Positions 25,178-34,624 of a DNA stretch of 54,210 nucleotides are shown in pieces; the stretch's first letter is position 1, and every line of letters starts with the position of its first letter. Source of the DNA: Akkermansiaceae bacterium (GTDB lineage: Bacteria; Verrucomicrobiota; Verrucomicrobiia; Verrucomicrobiales; Akkermansiaceae); NCBI GenBank assembly GCA_051251915.1, contig JBPOGF010000024.1, positions 1 to 54,210 on the forward strand. Direction: 5' to 3'. The notes under the pieces were generated by a model. It had not been told where the DNA came from. It worked only from the letters and a program-made list of their open reading frames with translations, and searched no databases. A program made the position numbers and the translations under genes.

Positions 25178-26575
25178 ATGAGACTGAATAAGATGGCTAT
25201 GGTTGCTGGGGGGATTGTTGTGACGGGAGGGCTTTCCTGTTGTAGTCATTTGGCTCCGGTGGATACTACGAAGGCTCCTTTGGTGGTGGCTGGTCAGTGG
25301 AATGAGGTGGGGGGATTTCCGACGGCATCTTCTGAGCGGGATTTGAGTAGGTGGTGGCGGTCATTTGGTGATGGGGAGCTTACGCGGTTGATAGGGCATG
25401 CGCTGAAGCATAATCCTGATATTGCTAGTTCTGTGGCGGCGGTTACTCAGGCTAGGGCACAGCGGACTGAGCAGGTGTCATCGCTTTATCCGAGTTTGAG
25501 CTATTCTGGGTCTAATAATCTGAATAAGAACTGGGAGGATAGTGCTGCTAGTAGTTCATCTGTTAGATACTCAGCTGGGCTGAGTGCGAGCTGGGAGCCC
25601 GATTTCTATGGGAAGAATAGGAATTCTGTGCTTGCAGCGACTGCGGATACGAATGCGGCGATGGATAACTTGAGTGCGGCGAGGAGTTCGCTGGCTGCGG
25701 AGACGGCGTTGGCGTATTTTCAGTTACGTTCTGCTGAGGCGAGTTTGGCGATTGTGGAGCGTAGTATTGTATCACAGGAGGAAACGACGAAAATCACAAA
25801 GTGGCGGACACAGGCTGGGGAGATTGATCAATTGGAATTTGATAGGGCGAATTCTTCGCTTGAGAATGCTAGGTCTGCGATACCTGCTTTTAAACAGAAT
25901 ATAGCGCAGGCTAAGAATAGGATTAATTTATTGTGTGGTGAGCTTCCGAGCACTCTTGCTGTTTCTTCATCTGGGAGTTTCCCTGAGCCTAAGACGAAGT
26001 TGGCTATAGGGATACCGGCTGAGACGATACGGCAGCGTGCGGATGTGAGAGCTGCGGGGCAGAGGTGGGTGGCGGCGATTGCGCGGATTCGGGTGGCGGA
26101 GGCGGATCAGTTTCCGAGCTTTAATTTGAGTGGGTCGCTAGGGATTAATGCTCTTTCTACAGGTAAGATTATTGATCCTAGTTCTGTATCGGCGAGTCTT
26201 ATCTCTGGTTTAACGGGGCCGATTTTTGATGCGGGGAGGATACGTGCTGGGATAGAAGGTCAGAGTGCTGCTGAGGAGCAGGCGTTTCAGGGGTATCGGT
26301 CTAATATTTTGACGGCGCTTTCGGAGGTGGAGGATGCATTGATCGCGTGTAAGCGGACTCAGGAGAAGATAGCTAGTCTGGAGAAGGCTGCGGTATCGGC
26401 GCGGTCAGCGGCTACGTTGGCGACGCAGAAGTATGATGCGGGGATTATAGATATGAGCACTGTTTTGGATACTCAGCGGTCTGAGCTTAGTGTGGAGCAG
26501 AGTTTGATTTCAGCGAGGCTGGATAAGGCAAATTCTTATGTGGGTTTATACAAAGCACTCGGAGGAGGATGGTAA
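25178..26575 (+). CDS. Efflux outer-membrane factor lipoprotein (NodT/TolC family)
   Basis: Lipobox LSCC; WW..FGD.EL..LI..AL..NPDI, SWEPDFYG, P...IRQRADVRAA, LYKALGGGW. Confidence 0.92.
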   Translation: MRLNKMAMVAGGIVVTGGLSCCSHLAPVDTTKAPLVVAGQWNEVGGFPTASSERDLSRWWRSFGDGELTRLIGHALKHNPDIASSVAAVTQARAQRTEQVSSLYPSLSYSGSNNLNKNWEDSAASSSSVRYSAGLSASWEPDFYGKNRNSVLAATADTNAAMDNLSAARSSLAAETALAYFQLRSAEASLAIVERSIVSQEETTKITKWRTQAGEIDQLEFDRANSSLENARSAIPAFKQNIAQAKNRINLLCGELPSTLAVSSSGSFPEPKTKLAIGIPAETIRQRADVRAAGQRWVAAIARIRVAEADQFPSFNLSGSLGINALSTGKIIDPSSVSASLISGLTGPIFDAGRIRAGIEGQSAAEEQAFQGYRSNILTALSEVEDALIACKRTQEKIASLEKAAVSARSAATLATQKYDAGIIDMSTVLDTQRSELSVEQSLISARLDKANSYVGLYKALGGGW

Positions 26576-26616
26576 TTTTTCAACAAAACAATATTCGATA
26601 TTATAAATTAAGGGTC

Positions 26617-27948
26617 ATGAAAGAAAAAGCGAAAGAAGAGGATTTACGTCAGATTGTAACGAGCAGTAAGAGGTCTAGTTGGAAGGGGAAGTTTATTCTT
26701 CTGATTCTGTTGTTAGCATTCCTTGGTAGTGGGTATTTTTATTATACTGAACGTGCTGGTGGAGCTGAGAAGGGGCCTGAGTATCTGACGGAGGAGATTA
26801 AGAGTGGGGATGTGGCATTGACCATTACGACTACGGGGACTTTAGAGCCTACGAACCAAGTGACTTTGGGTAGTGAGCTGTCTGGGACTGCACTGGAGGT
26901 GTATGTTGATAGTAATGATCAGGTGACGAAGGGGCAGGCGTTGGCGAAGTTGGACACGACGAAGTTTGCGCAGCTGAGGGATAGTAGTAGTGCTACGCTT
27001 AGCTCTGCGAAGGCGACGGTGAGTCAGACGAAGGCTACACTGAAGGAGAGCCAAGCGAAGTTAGCGCGGTATGAAGAACTGCATAGGATTAGTGAGGGGA
27101 GAACTCCGGCTAAAGCGGATATGGATACGGCGATAGCAGCTGTGGAGCGTTCTCAGGCGGATCTGGAGAGTGCTGAGGCTAAGGTTTCTCAGGCTGAGGC
27201 GGATTTGATTTCTAAGGAGAGTGATCTGAGTAAGACGATAATTCGGTCTCCTGTGGATGGCGTGGTGTTGACTCGGAGTCTAGAGGAGGGGCAGACTGTG
27301 GCGGCTCAGTTTCAGGCGCCGGAGTTGTTTATCATTGCGGAGGATCTGAGTAAGATGGAGTTGTTGGTGAATGTGGCTGAGGCGGATATTGGTAGATTGA
27401 CTGCTGATCAGCCGGCGACATTTACGGTGGATGCGTGGCCTAACAGAACTTATAAGGCTTCTGTGAATAAGGTTTCATATGGGTCTACGATTACGGATAA
27501 TGTGGTGACTTATGAGACGGAGTTGGAGGTGGCGAATGAGGATCTGACGCTGCGGCCTGGGATGACGGCTACTTCAGAGATTACGGTGGCTGAGGTGAAT
27601 GATGTGTTGATAGTGCCTAATGCTGCGCTGAGATTTAGCCCGAAATCTGCTGCTCCTGCTGGTGAAAAGGCTGAGAAGGAAAAAGGTGAGTCACTTATTG
27701 GTAGTTTGACTCCTGGGCCTCCACGCCGGAAAATGGGTGGTGGGAAATCAGGTGGAGGTAAAGGTGGGGAGGGTAGGAAGCCGAGTGGTAAGTCTGGGCC
27801 GCAGTTTATCTGGATCTTGAAGGATGGTAAGGCTGTGCAGATCCGGGTGGAAACGGGGATCACTGATGGGAGGTTCACTGAGGTGAGTGGTCCAGAGGTG
27901 AGTGAGGGGATGAAGGTCATCGTATCTGAAAGCACACCACAATCATAA
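26617..27948 (+). CDS. MacA-like periplasmic adaptor subunit
   Basis: N-terminal TM, GTLEP..QV.LGSELSG, IRSPVDGVV, FTVDAWP, LRPGMTA, VPNAALRF. Confidence 0.9.
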   Translation: MKEKAKEEDLRQIVTSSKRSSWKGKFILLILLLAFLGSGYFYYTERAGGAEKGPEYLTEEIKSGDVALTITTTGTLEPTNQVTLGSELSGTALEVYVDSNDQVTKGQALAKLDTTKFAQLRDSSSATLSSAKATVSQTKATLKESQAKLARYEELHRISEGRTPAKADMDTAIAAVERSQADLESAEAKVSQAEADLISKESDLSKTIIRSPVDGVVLTRSLEEGQTVAAQFQAPELFIIAEDLSKMELLVNVAEADIGRLTADQPATFTVDAWPNRTYKASVNKVSYGSTITDNVVTYETELEVANEDLTLRPGMTATSEITVAEVNDVLIVPNAALRFSPKSAAPAGEKAEKEKGESLIGSLTPGPPRRKMGGGKSGGGKGGEGRKPSGKSGPQFIWILKDGKAVQIRVETGITDGRFTEVSGPEVSEGMKVIVSESTPQS

Positions 27949-27956
27949 AGCTAGCT

Positions 27957-28646
27957 ATGAATCCACTGATACAACTTAGAGGTCTGACTAAAACTTACGG
28001 AACTGGTGAGGCTGCATTTCAAGCTCTTAGGGGGATTGATTTAGATATCGATCAGGGTGAGTATGTGGCGGTGATGGGGCCTAGTGGGTCTGGGAAGTCT
28101 ACGCTGATGAATTTGTTAGGTTGTTTAGATACTCCGACTTCTGGGTCATTTTTGTTTGATGGGTTGGAGGTGGAGAAGCTGGATGCGGATCAGCGGTCAT
28201 TGATTAGGCGACATGCGTTGGGGTTTATTTTCCAGGGGTTTAATTTGCTGGCGCGGACTTCTGCGTTGGAGAATGTGGAGTTGCCGCTGTTGTATAGGGG
28301 GTATTCTAAGAAGGAGCGGTATAGGCTGGCGAGGGAGGCTCTGGCTAGTGTGGGGCTTCCTGATAAGGAGAGGAATACGCCGTCTGAGCTATCTGGTGGT
28401 CAGCAACAGCGGGTGGCGATAGCGCGGGCGATAGTGACTTCTCCGGGGACGTTATTTGCGGATGAGCCGACGGGGAATTTGGATACGAAGACGACTGAGG
28501 AGGTGATGGAGCTGCTGCATGAGTTAAATACTGAGCGTAATATTACGATCTTGTTGGTGACGCATGAGGAGGAAGTGGCTGAGCGTGCTCGGCGGACTGT
28601 GGTGGTGAGGGACGGGTTGATAGAATCTGATATTTCTAGGAACTAA
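27957..28646 (+). CDS. ABC transporter ATP-binding protein (MacB/LolD-like)
   Basis: GPSGSGKST, LSGGQQQRVAIARA, ADEPTGNLD, VTHE. Confidence 0.95.
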   Translation: MNPLIQLRGLTKTYGTGEAAFQALRGIDLDIDQGEYVAVMGPSGSGKSTLMNLLGCLDTPTSGSFLFDGLEVEKLDADQRSLIRRHALGFIFQGFNLLARTSALENVELPLLYRGYSKKERYRLAREALASVGLPDKERNTPSELSGGQQQRVAIARAIVTSPGTLFADEPTGNLDTKTTEEVMELLHELNTERNITILLVTHEEEVAERARRTVVVRDGLIESDISRN

Positions 28647-28662
28647 CTAACTAAATTTTATT

Positions 28663-29886
28663 ATGAAAATGCTATGGAATTCACTTTTGCTGGCGGTTCG
28701 AGAAATCCGCCGGAATATAATGCGTGCTATTTTGACTGTACTGGGGGTGGTGATAGGTGTGGGGGCGGTGATCACGTTGGTGACGCTGGGGAATGGTGCG
28801 ACTGCTACGATTAAGGATCAGATTTCTGGTTTGGGTAGTAATTTGTTAGTGTTGCGTCCGGGTCAGGGGCGAGGGCCTCGATCGGGTGGTGCTGGGGTGC
28901 CGAATTTTACGGAGGCTGATGCGGTATCTATTATGGAGGTGGTGCCTGGGTTGGCGGCGGTGGCTCCGGTGTCTAGTTCTTCTGCGTCTACGATTTATTT
29001 ACAGAATTCTAGGACGACTAGTATCACGGGGACGACTGTGGATTATTTCCAGATTGGTAACTGGGAGTTATCTGATGGGCGGTATTTTACTGATGCGGAG
29101 ATCCGGTCTGGTGCTGCGGTGTGTGTGATAGGTGAGACGGTGCAGAGTGAGCTGCTGGGGACTACTCCTGCGGTGGGTGAGAAGATACGGTTGAAGAATA
29201 CGGCGGTGCAGGTGATAGGGGTGCTGAAGTCTAAGGGGCAGACGGGGTTTGGCCAAGATCAGGATGATACGATTGTGGTGCCTATTACTACGTTGCAGAG
29301 GCGGCTGGTGGGGCGGACGTCTACGCATAGTGTGAACCAGGTTATGATTTCTGCTAAGGATGGGTGGAATACGGATACGATCACTGCTGATATTACGTCG
29401 CTGATGAAGGAGAGGCGAAAAATTAGTGATGTGGAGGAGGCGAACTTTTCTGTGATGGATACGCAGCAGATAGCGGAGGCTGTGAGTTCTTCTACGAAGG
29501 TGATGACTACGTTGCTGGGGGCTGTGGCTGGGGTGAGTTTGCTGGTGGGGGGGATAGGGATTATGAATATTATGTTGGTTTCTGTGACTGAGCGGACGCG
29601 TGAGATTGGGATTCGTTTGGCTATTGGTGCGCGTGCGCGTGAGGTGTTGTTGCAGTTTTTGGTGGAGGCGATTACGTTGTCTTCGGTGGGTGGGATCTGT
29701 GGGATTGCGTTGGCTGCAGGGTTGTGTTCGATCTTGGCGAAGGTGATAGAGGTTCCGTTTATATTTGATACACGGATTAATGTGATTGCGTTTATATTCT
29801 CGGCATTTATTGGTGTGCTTTTCGGCTTTATGCCTGCTCGGCGGGCTGCTAGATTGAATCCGATTGACGCATTGCGCCATGAGTAG
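28663..29886 (+). CDS. MacB/FtsX-type ABC permease
   Basis: LTVLGVVIGV, GGIGIMNIMLVSVTERTREIGIRLAIGA, PARRAARLNPIDALRHE. Confidence 0.93.
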   Translation: MKMLWNSLLLAVREIRRNIMRAILTVLGVVIGVGAVITLVTLGNGATATIKDQISGLGSNLLVLRPGQGRGPRSGGAGVPNFTEADAVSIMEVVPGLAAVAPVSSSSASTIYLQNSRTTSITGTTVDYFQIGNWELSDGRYFTDAEIRSGAAVCVIGETVQSELLGTTPAVGEKIRLKNTAVQVIGVLKSKGQTGFGQDQDDTIVVPITTLQRRLVGRTSTHSVNQVMISAKDGWNTDTITADITSLMKERRKISDVEEANFSVMDTQQIAEAVSSSTKVMTTLLGAVAGVSLLVGGIGIMNIMLVSVTERTREIGIRLAIGARAREVLLQFLVEAITLSSVGGICGIALAAGLCSILAKVIEVPFIFDTRINVIAFIFSAFIGVLFGFMPARRAARLNPIDALRHE

Positions 29887-29898
29887 TTAGAACTGGCC

Positions 29899-30549
29899 AT
29901 GAGATTACTTATCGTAGAAGATGACCCACTACTTCAGCACAGCCTCTGTGAGGGTCTGCGTGAGGAGGGGTATGCGGTGGATGCTGCGGGTGATGGTATA
30001 GAGGGGTTGGCAATGGCACGGGAGGTGAATTATGATATTATTCTGTTAGATGGGATGTTGCCAGGGATGGATGGTTGGGAGGTGTTGCGTAGGTTACGGG
30101 TGGAGAAGACTAGTCCGGTGTTGATGTTGACGGCTCGTGATGCTGTTCCGGATAGGGTGAGGGGGCTGGACTCTGGGGCTGATGATTATTTGACTAAGCC
30201 ATTTGATTTTGATGAGTTGTTGGCGCGGTTGCGGGCGTTGGCTAGGAGAGATAAGGGGGTGGCTAGTAATTGTTTGTCGGTGGGGGAGTTTAGTATTGAT
30301 CTGGCTACGAAGTCGTTAAGTAATGCTAGCGGTGAAATTTCGCTGACGGCTAGGGAGTTTGCGCTTGTTGAGCATTTGGCGTTGCAGCGTGGGGTGGTGG
30401 TGAGTAGGACGGAGCTGTATGAGCATTTGTTTGATGAGGATGATGATTCACTTTCAAATTTACTTGATGTTCATGTTTCTAATATTCGGAAGAAGTTGGG
30501 GGCTGATTTTATTTTAACCCGCCGTGGACATGGCTATTATGTAGTATGA
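29899..30549 (+). CDS. OmpR family response regulator
   Basis: LIVEDD, LLDGMLPGMDG, MLTARD, GADDYLTKPF, winged helix TRRGHGY. Confidence 0.95.
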   Translation: MRLLIVEDDPLLQHSLCEGLREEGYAVDAAGDGIEGLAMAREVNYDIILLDGMLPGMDGWEVLRRLRVEKTSPVLMLTARDAVPDRVRGLDSGADDYLTKPFDFDELLARLRALARRDKGVASNCLSVGEFSIDLATKSLSNASGEISLTAREFALVEHLALQRGVVVSRTELYEHLFDEDDDSLSNLLDVHVSNIRKKLGADFILTRRGHGYYVV

Positions 30550-31964
30550 AACTTCCTTTTCAATCAGTGCGCTGGAGGCTTTTGTTCTGGCATTCTTTAC
30601 TTTCGATTGCGTTGATTTCAGCGATTTGTTTGTTGGCGTATAAGTTGGTTTCTCGTGAGCAGTTTGATAGGATTGATTATGATCTGGGGAGTCATGAGCG
30701 GCAGTTTTTTAGGACGGTGTTTTCTGTTGGTGAGGGTGAAGACGAGCTGAAATCTGGGCCTCCAACGGCTGAGAGATTTAGGTCGACTTTGAAAGAGTTG
30801 AAGGAGGACGGCTTGTCGGAAGTAGGTATAGAGCCTTATTTTATGGCGATCTGGGATGATGAGACAGGGGAGGTGATTTATTTATCTACCGAGACTCCTG
30901 AGGGTGTAAGCATGCCTGCTAGGGTGAGTGACAAGCAGCGAACTATTGTGGATCAAGGGAGCTATCGGATGCGTGTGAGAGGGCATCCTGCTGGGGCTAT
31001 TACGATGGTGGGGCGTGATATTTCTGAGGAGTTGGCTTCGTTGCAGCAGTTTCGGATTGTGCTTGCTTTGAGTGGTGTGGGGATTTGGGTGGTGGCTATT
31101 TTAGGGAGTTGGTGGTTGGCTGGGAGGGCGCTGAAGCCGATTCAGAGTATTTCTGAAACGGCAACTAGGATCGCAGAGGGAAATTTGCGGGAGAGGATTA
31201 AGGTTTCGAGTAGTGATAGTGAATTGGATCAGTTGGGGGTGGTTTTGAATAGTACGTTTGAGCGCTTGGCTTCATCGATAGAAAGGCAGAAGAACTTTAC
31301 GTCTGATGCATCACACGAGTTGCGGACGCCATTGACGATTATTCTTTCTGAGTCGCAACGAGGGATGAAAAATGAGCGATCAGCTGAACAATATAGAGCG
31401 ATTCTTGGTAATTGTAATACGGCGGCAAAGCGTATGCAGGGGATTATTGAGTCTTTGCTGTTACTTGCTAGGCAGGATCAGAATGAGGGGCAGGAGATGC
31501 AGGTGGTCGATCTAGCGGAGACTACACAGTGTATTGCTGAGCTTCTACAAAGTGAGGCTTCAGCGAGCAATCACTTGATCAAGATGGAGTTGTCTAAGGC
31601 TCCTATTTTAGCGAATCAAGAACTGCTTGGTGTGGTGGTGCAAAACCTTATCTCTAACGCTATTTACCACACTCCTGAGGGTAGCGTAATTAGATTAAAA
31701 AGTTATGCGGAGGAAGGGGCTAGTGGTGAGGTTGCTGTGCTTGAGGTGCATGATGACGGGCATGGGATTGCGGAGAGTGATCAGGCTCATTTGTTTGAAC
31801 GATTTTACCGGGTGGATGCAGCCCGAACGCAGACGGGGGGGCACAGCGGTCTGGGGTTAGCGATTGTGAAAACGATCACGGAGAGTCATCAGGGGGGTAT
31901 TGAGCTAATTAGTAGTCCGGCAGTTGGAACGACTTTTAAGTTGAAGTTTCCTAAAGTTAGCTAG
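30546..31964 (+). CDS. Sensor histidine kinase (HAMP-HisKA-HATPase)
   Basis: Two TM segments, DASHELRTPL, NLISNAI, DDGHGI, FERFYRVD, GLGLAIV. Confidence 0.95.
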   Translation: MKLPFQSVRWRLLFWHSLLSIALISAICLLAYKLVSREQFDRIDYDLGSHERQFFRTVFSVGEGEDELKSGPPTAERFRSTLKELKEDGLSEVGIEPYFMAIWDDETGEVIYLSTETPEGVSMPARVSDKQRTIVDQGSYRMRVRGHPAGAITMVGRDISEELASLQQFRIVLALSGVGIWVVAILGSWWLAGRALKPIQSISETATRIAEGNLRERIKVSSSDSELDQLGVVLNSTFERLASSIERQKNFTSDASHELRTPLTIILSESQRGMKNERSAEQYRAILGNCNTAAKRMQGIIESLLLLARQDQNEGQEMQVVDLAETTQCIAELLQSEASASNHLIKMELSKAPILANQELLGVVVQNLISNAIYHTPEGSVIRLKSYAEEGASGEVAVLEVHDDGHGIAESDQAHLFERFYRVDAARTQTGGHSGLGLAIVKTITESHQGGIELISSPAVGTTFKLKFPKVS

Positions 31965-31989
31965 AAGGATGGAGGAGGATGGGGGTAGG

Positions 31990-32520
31990 TTAATTTGTTT
32001 TTTGGTAGAGGGAATGGGTGTTGTTTCCTACCATGATGTCTCCTTTATGTTGGAATCCTAGACTGGACTGGGTGAAGAATTTGCAGAGTTTTTCACGGTT
32101 TGTGGGACACGCTAGACGGATGTAATATCTGCCGAGTTGGTTGGCTCGCTGGGTGGCTAGATCGACAAGGATTTCTGCTAGGCCTGAGCCGCGGTAATCC
32201 TTGGTGACTGCTAGTTTGTTTATGTAAAGTGCTTCATCGTGGTTGGCGCCTTGCCAGAAGAAGTGGTCTTTTTGCTGAACGATGATTGAACAGACAGGCT
32301 GGGAGTCGTGGTATCCGATGTAGATCTCGTCATTGGCATGTGCGTTGAGTAGGCTTTCTTCTGAAATGTCTTCACGTGACCATTGGCTGGATTTTTCTTG
32401 TGACTGATTGAGCCAAGTTATTGTTTCGGAGATGACTGTGAGGAGATCTGAGATGTCTTCGGGTTCGATGCGTCTGAATTCAATGACTGATAAATCTGGT
32501 GTGGTAGTGGAAGTGTTCAT
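31990..32520 (-). CDS. GNAT family N-acetyltransferase
   Basis: LYINKLAV..DYRGSGLA acetyl-CoA-binding motif A. Confidence 0.8.
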   Translation of the reverse strand: MNTSTTTPDLSVIEFRRIEPEDISDLLTVISETITWLNQSQEKSSQWSREDISEESLLNAHANDEIYIGYHDSQPVCSIIVQQKDHFFWQGANHDEALYINKLAVTKDYRGSGLAEILVDLATQRANQLGRYYIRLACPTNREKLCKFFTQSSLGFQHKGDIMVGNNTHSLYQKTN

Positions 32521-32627
32521 GTTTTAAGGTAGCATTTATCTGGTGAGTTTGAAAGTCACTATTGCTGTGTTGACTATTTGAGGGAACTAGATTAAAAATT
32601 TGATCACTTGTAAAAAGAGTGGTGTAA

Positions 32628-33218
32628 ATGAATTCCCCAAATGAACAACCTACCTACAGCGATGAGCTGAAGCGTGTACGGCAACTTTCTGAAGCGCATG
32701 ATGAGATGAAACGTGTTCTTGATGGGGTGATCCGTCCTGTATTCAATGACATTTTAAGGGTGTTTATTCACATTTCATGTCCGTATGATATTCAAGCTCA
32801 TGGTCATGGGGTGATTTTGAATTTTGGGAGGCCTGACAAGCCATTTACGGTTGCTTATTATGGTTATCCTGAGGATATGGAATTTGAGTTGGCGATTTCA
32901 ACTGACCATGAAACGACTAAGTCGTGCAGGATTCCTTTTTGCTGGGTGTTGCCGGGTAGGATAAAGAAAATGTTTGAAGATTTTTTCACAAATTACACCC
33001 CTGATATTCTGTATAAAGCTGATTATAACGGACATGAAGTTTATGATTTGGCTCCGGAGGGACCGTATCAGCTTAGGATAGAAGATAATGGGGCTTCCTC
33101 TGTAGTGGCGGAGGCGGATGAGTTTCAGAAGGTGCTGGATATGGCCTCAGTTATCCAGAATTCTTTTAATGAAAAGAATCTTATTATTACGGATAGGGAT
33201 GGGGAGTTGATTTGTTAG
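32628..33218 (+). CDS. Hypothetical protein
   Basis: 196-aa ORF filling the gap between GNAT and hflX with plausible composition; no family recognised. Confidence 0.7.
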   Translation: MNSPNEQPTYSDELKRVRQLSEAHDEMKRVLDGVIRPVFNDILRVFIHISCPYDIQAHGHGVILNFGRPDKPFTVAYYGYPEDMEFELAISTDHETTKSCRIPFCWVLPGRIKKMFEDFFTNYTPDILYKADYNGHEVYDLAPEGPYQLRIEDNGASSVVAEADEFQKVLDMASVIQNSFNEKNLIITDRDGELIC

Positions 33219-33233
33219 ATCTCTGTTAGAGAG

Positions 33234-34541
33234 TTATTCTTCAACTAGGAATTGCTGTAGGCGGCCGGCGATGATGACGGGGACGATGGCGGTGATGATG
33301 ACGTCGTTGGCTTCGTATTGGGTGTCTAGGACTTTGGCTTCTTGGTGGAGTTGGTTGAGGTGTTGGCCTTGGGTTTGTGGGATGCGGTAGGTGTTTTTCT
33401 GGACGCGTTCTGCTAGGATGTCTGAGCAGGCGGTGAGGAGTTCTTGGATACCGATGTCTTTGTAGGCGGAGGCTACGATGATGTTGGGGGCTTTTTCTTT
33501 GAGCTTTTCTTTGAGTTTTTCGATGTTGCGAGGGTCACCTACTAGGTCGCATTTGTTGAGGACGGTGATCATGGGTTTGCCTTCGGCGCCGAGTTCTCCG
33601 AGGACGTGCATGGTGGTGTCGAAGAATTTCTCAGCTTCTGGGGAGCTGGCGTCCATGACGTGGATGAGGAAGTCTGCGAATACGGCTTCTTCTAGTGTGG
33701 CTTTGAATGCTTCTACTAGGCGGTGGGGGAGGTTTCTAACAAATCCGACTGTGTCTGTGAGTAGGATGTTCTGGCCGTCTGGTAGCTCTATGCTGCGGGT
33801 GGTGGTGTCTAGGGTGGCGAAGAGCATGTCCTTGGCCATGATGTCTGAGCCGGAGATGCGGTTGAGGAGGGTGGATTTTCCAGCATTTGTGTAGCCAACG
33901 ATGGCGCCTAGAGCCATGTCTAGTTTCTCGCGGTCCTTGCGGCGGGTGGCGCGCTGGGTGCGGACGGCTTCGAGTTCGCGCTTGGTGCGATCGATGCGTT
34001 TGCGGGCGAGTCTTCTGTCGACTTCGATTTGCTGTTCACCCATTCCACGGGCGGCTGATCCGCCACCGCCGGTGCCTCCGCCGCCTTCGCGGTCAAGGTG
34101 TCCCCACATGCGTGCCATGCGTGGGAGTGCGTATTGCATGCGGGCGAGTTCTACTTGGAGGGTGGCTTCTTTGGTCTGGGCGCGCTGGGCGAAGATGTCT
34201 AGGATGACTTCTTCACGGTCGATGACGCAGATGCCGGCGAGTTCTTCCCATTCGCGTTGTTGTGAGGGTGCTAGTTCGTTGTCGAAGACGATGCAGTCGC
34301 ATTCGTGAGCGCGGGCGTATTCTACGATTTCGTCTGCTTTTCCTGTTCCGCAGAGGTATTTTCTGTGCATGGAGCGGGAGTGGGCGAGGTGTAGGTCTGC
34401 GACGCCGATGCCTAGGGTGCGGACGAGTTCTTCTAGCTCTTCTAGGAGGCTGATGTCTTCGTCTGCGTCTTTTTTACTGAATGATAGGCGGACGAGCAGT
34501 GCTCTCTCCACCATCTCTGGCTTATCTCTTACTTCGAACAT
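33234..34541 (-). CDS. hflX: Ribosome rescue GTPase HflX
   Basis: G.GKADE, ILDIFAQRA.TKEA.LQVELA, GYTNAGKSTL, LFATLDTT, DTVGF, NKCD. Confidence 0.96.
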   Translation of the reverse strand: MFEVRDKPEMVERALLVRLSFSKKDADEDISLLEELEELVRTLGIGVADLHLAHSRSMHRKYLCGTGKADEIVEYARAHECDCIVFDNELAPSQQREWEELAGICVIDREEVILDIFAQRAQTKEATLQVELARMQYALPRMARMWGHLDREGGGGTGGGGSAARGMGEQQIEVDRRLARKRIDRTKRELEAVRTQRATRRKDREKLDMALGAIVGYTNAGKSTLLNRISGSDIMAKDMLFATLDTTTRSIELPDGQNILLTDTVGFVRNLPHRLVEAFKATLEEAVFADFLIHVMDASSPEAEKFFDTTMHVLGELGAEGKPMITVLNKCDLVGDPRNIEKLKEKLKEKAPNIIVASAYKDIGIQELLTACSDILAERVQKNTYRIPQTQGQHLNQLHQEAKVLDTQYEANDVIITAIVPVIIAGRLQQFLVEE

Positions 34542-34624
34542 GGGAGGGATTAATGCCCTTTATTTCAGCTGTTGAACAGATTTTTTTTGTATCTATTCAC
34601 GGCGGTGTGGTTTATGGAATGGGC

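Noticed and set aside
29068..29900. Long antisense ORFs (270 and 213 aa; likewise 34565-35281, 27510-27935, 23918-24493 and others)
   Set aside because: They are shadows of well-supported genes on the opposite strand with biased, motif-free translations.
34481..34624. N-terminal extensions in the ORF track (also 11223, 24501, 25160, 26569, 38092, 38795, 44700, 53138)
   Set aside because: They overlap neighbouring genes, terminators or promoters; downstream ATGs fit the family N-termini better.
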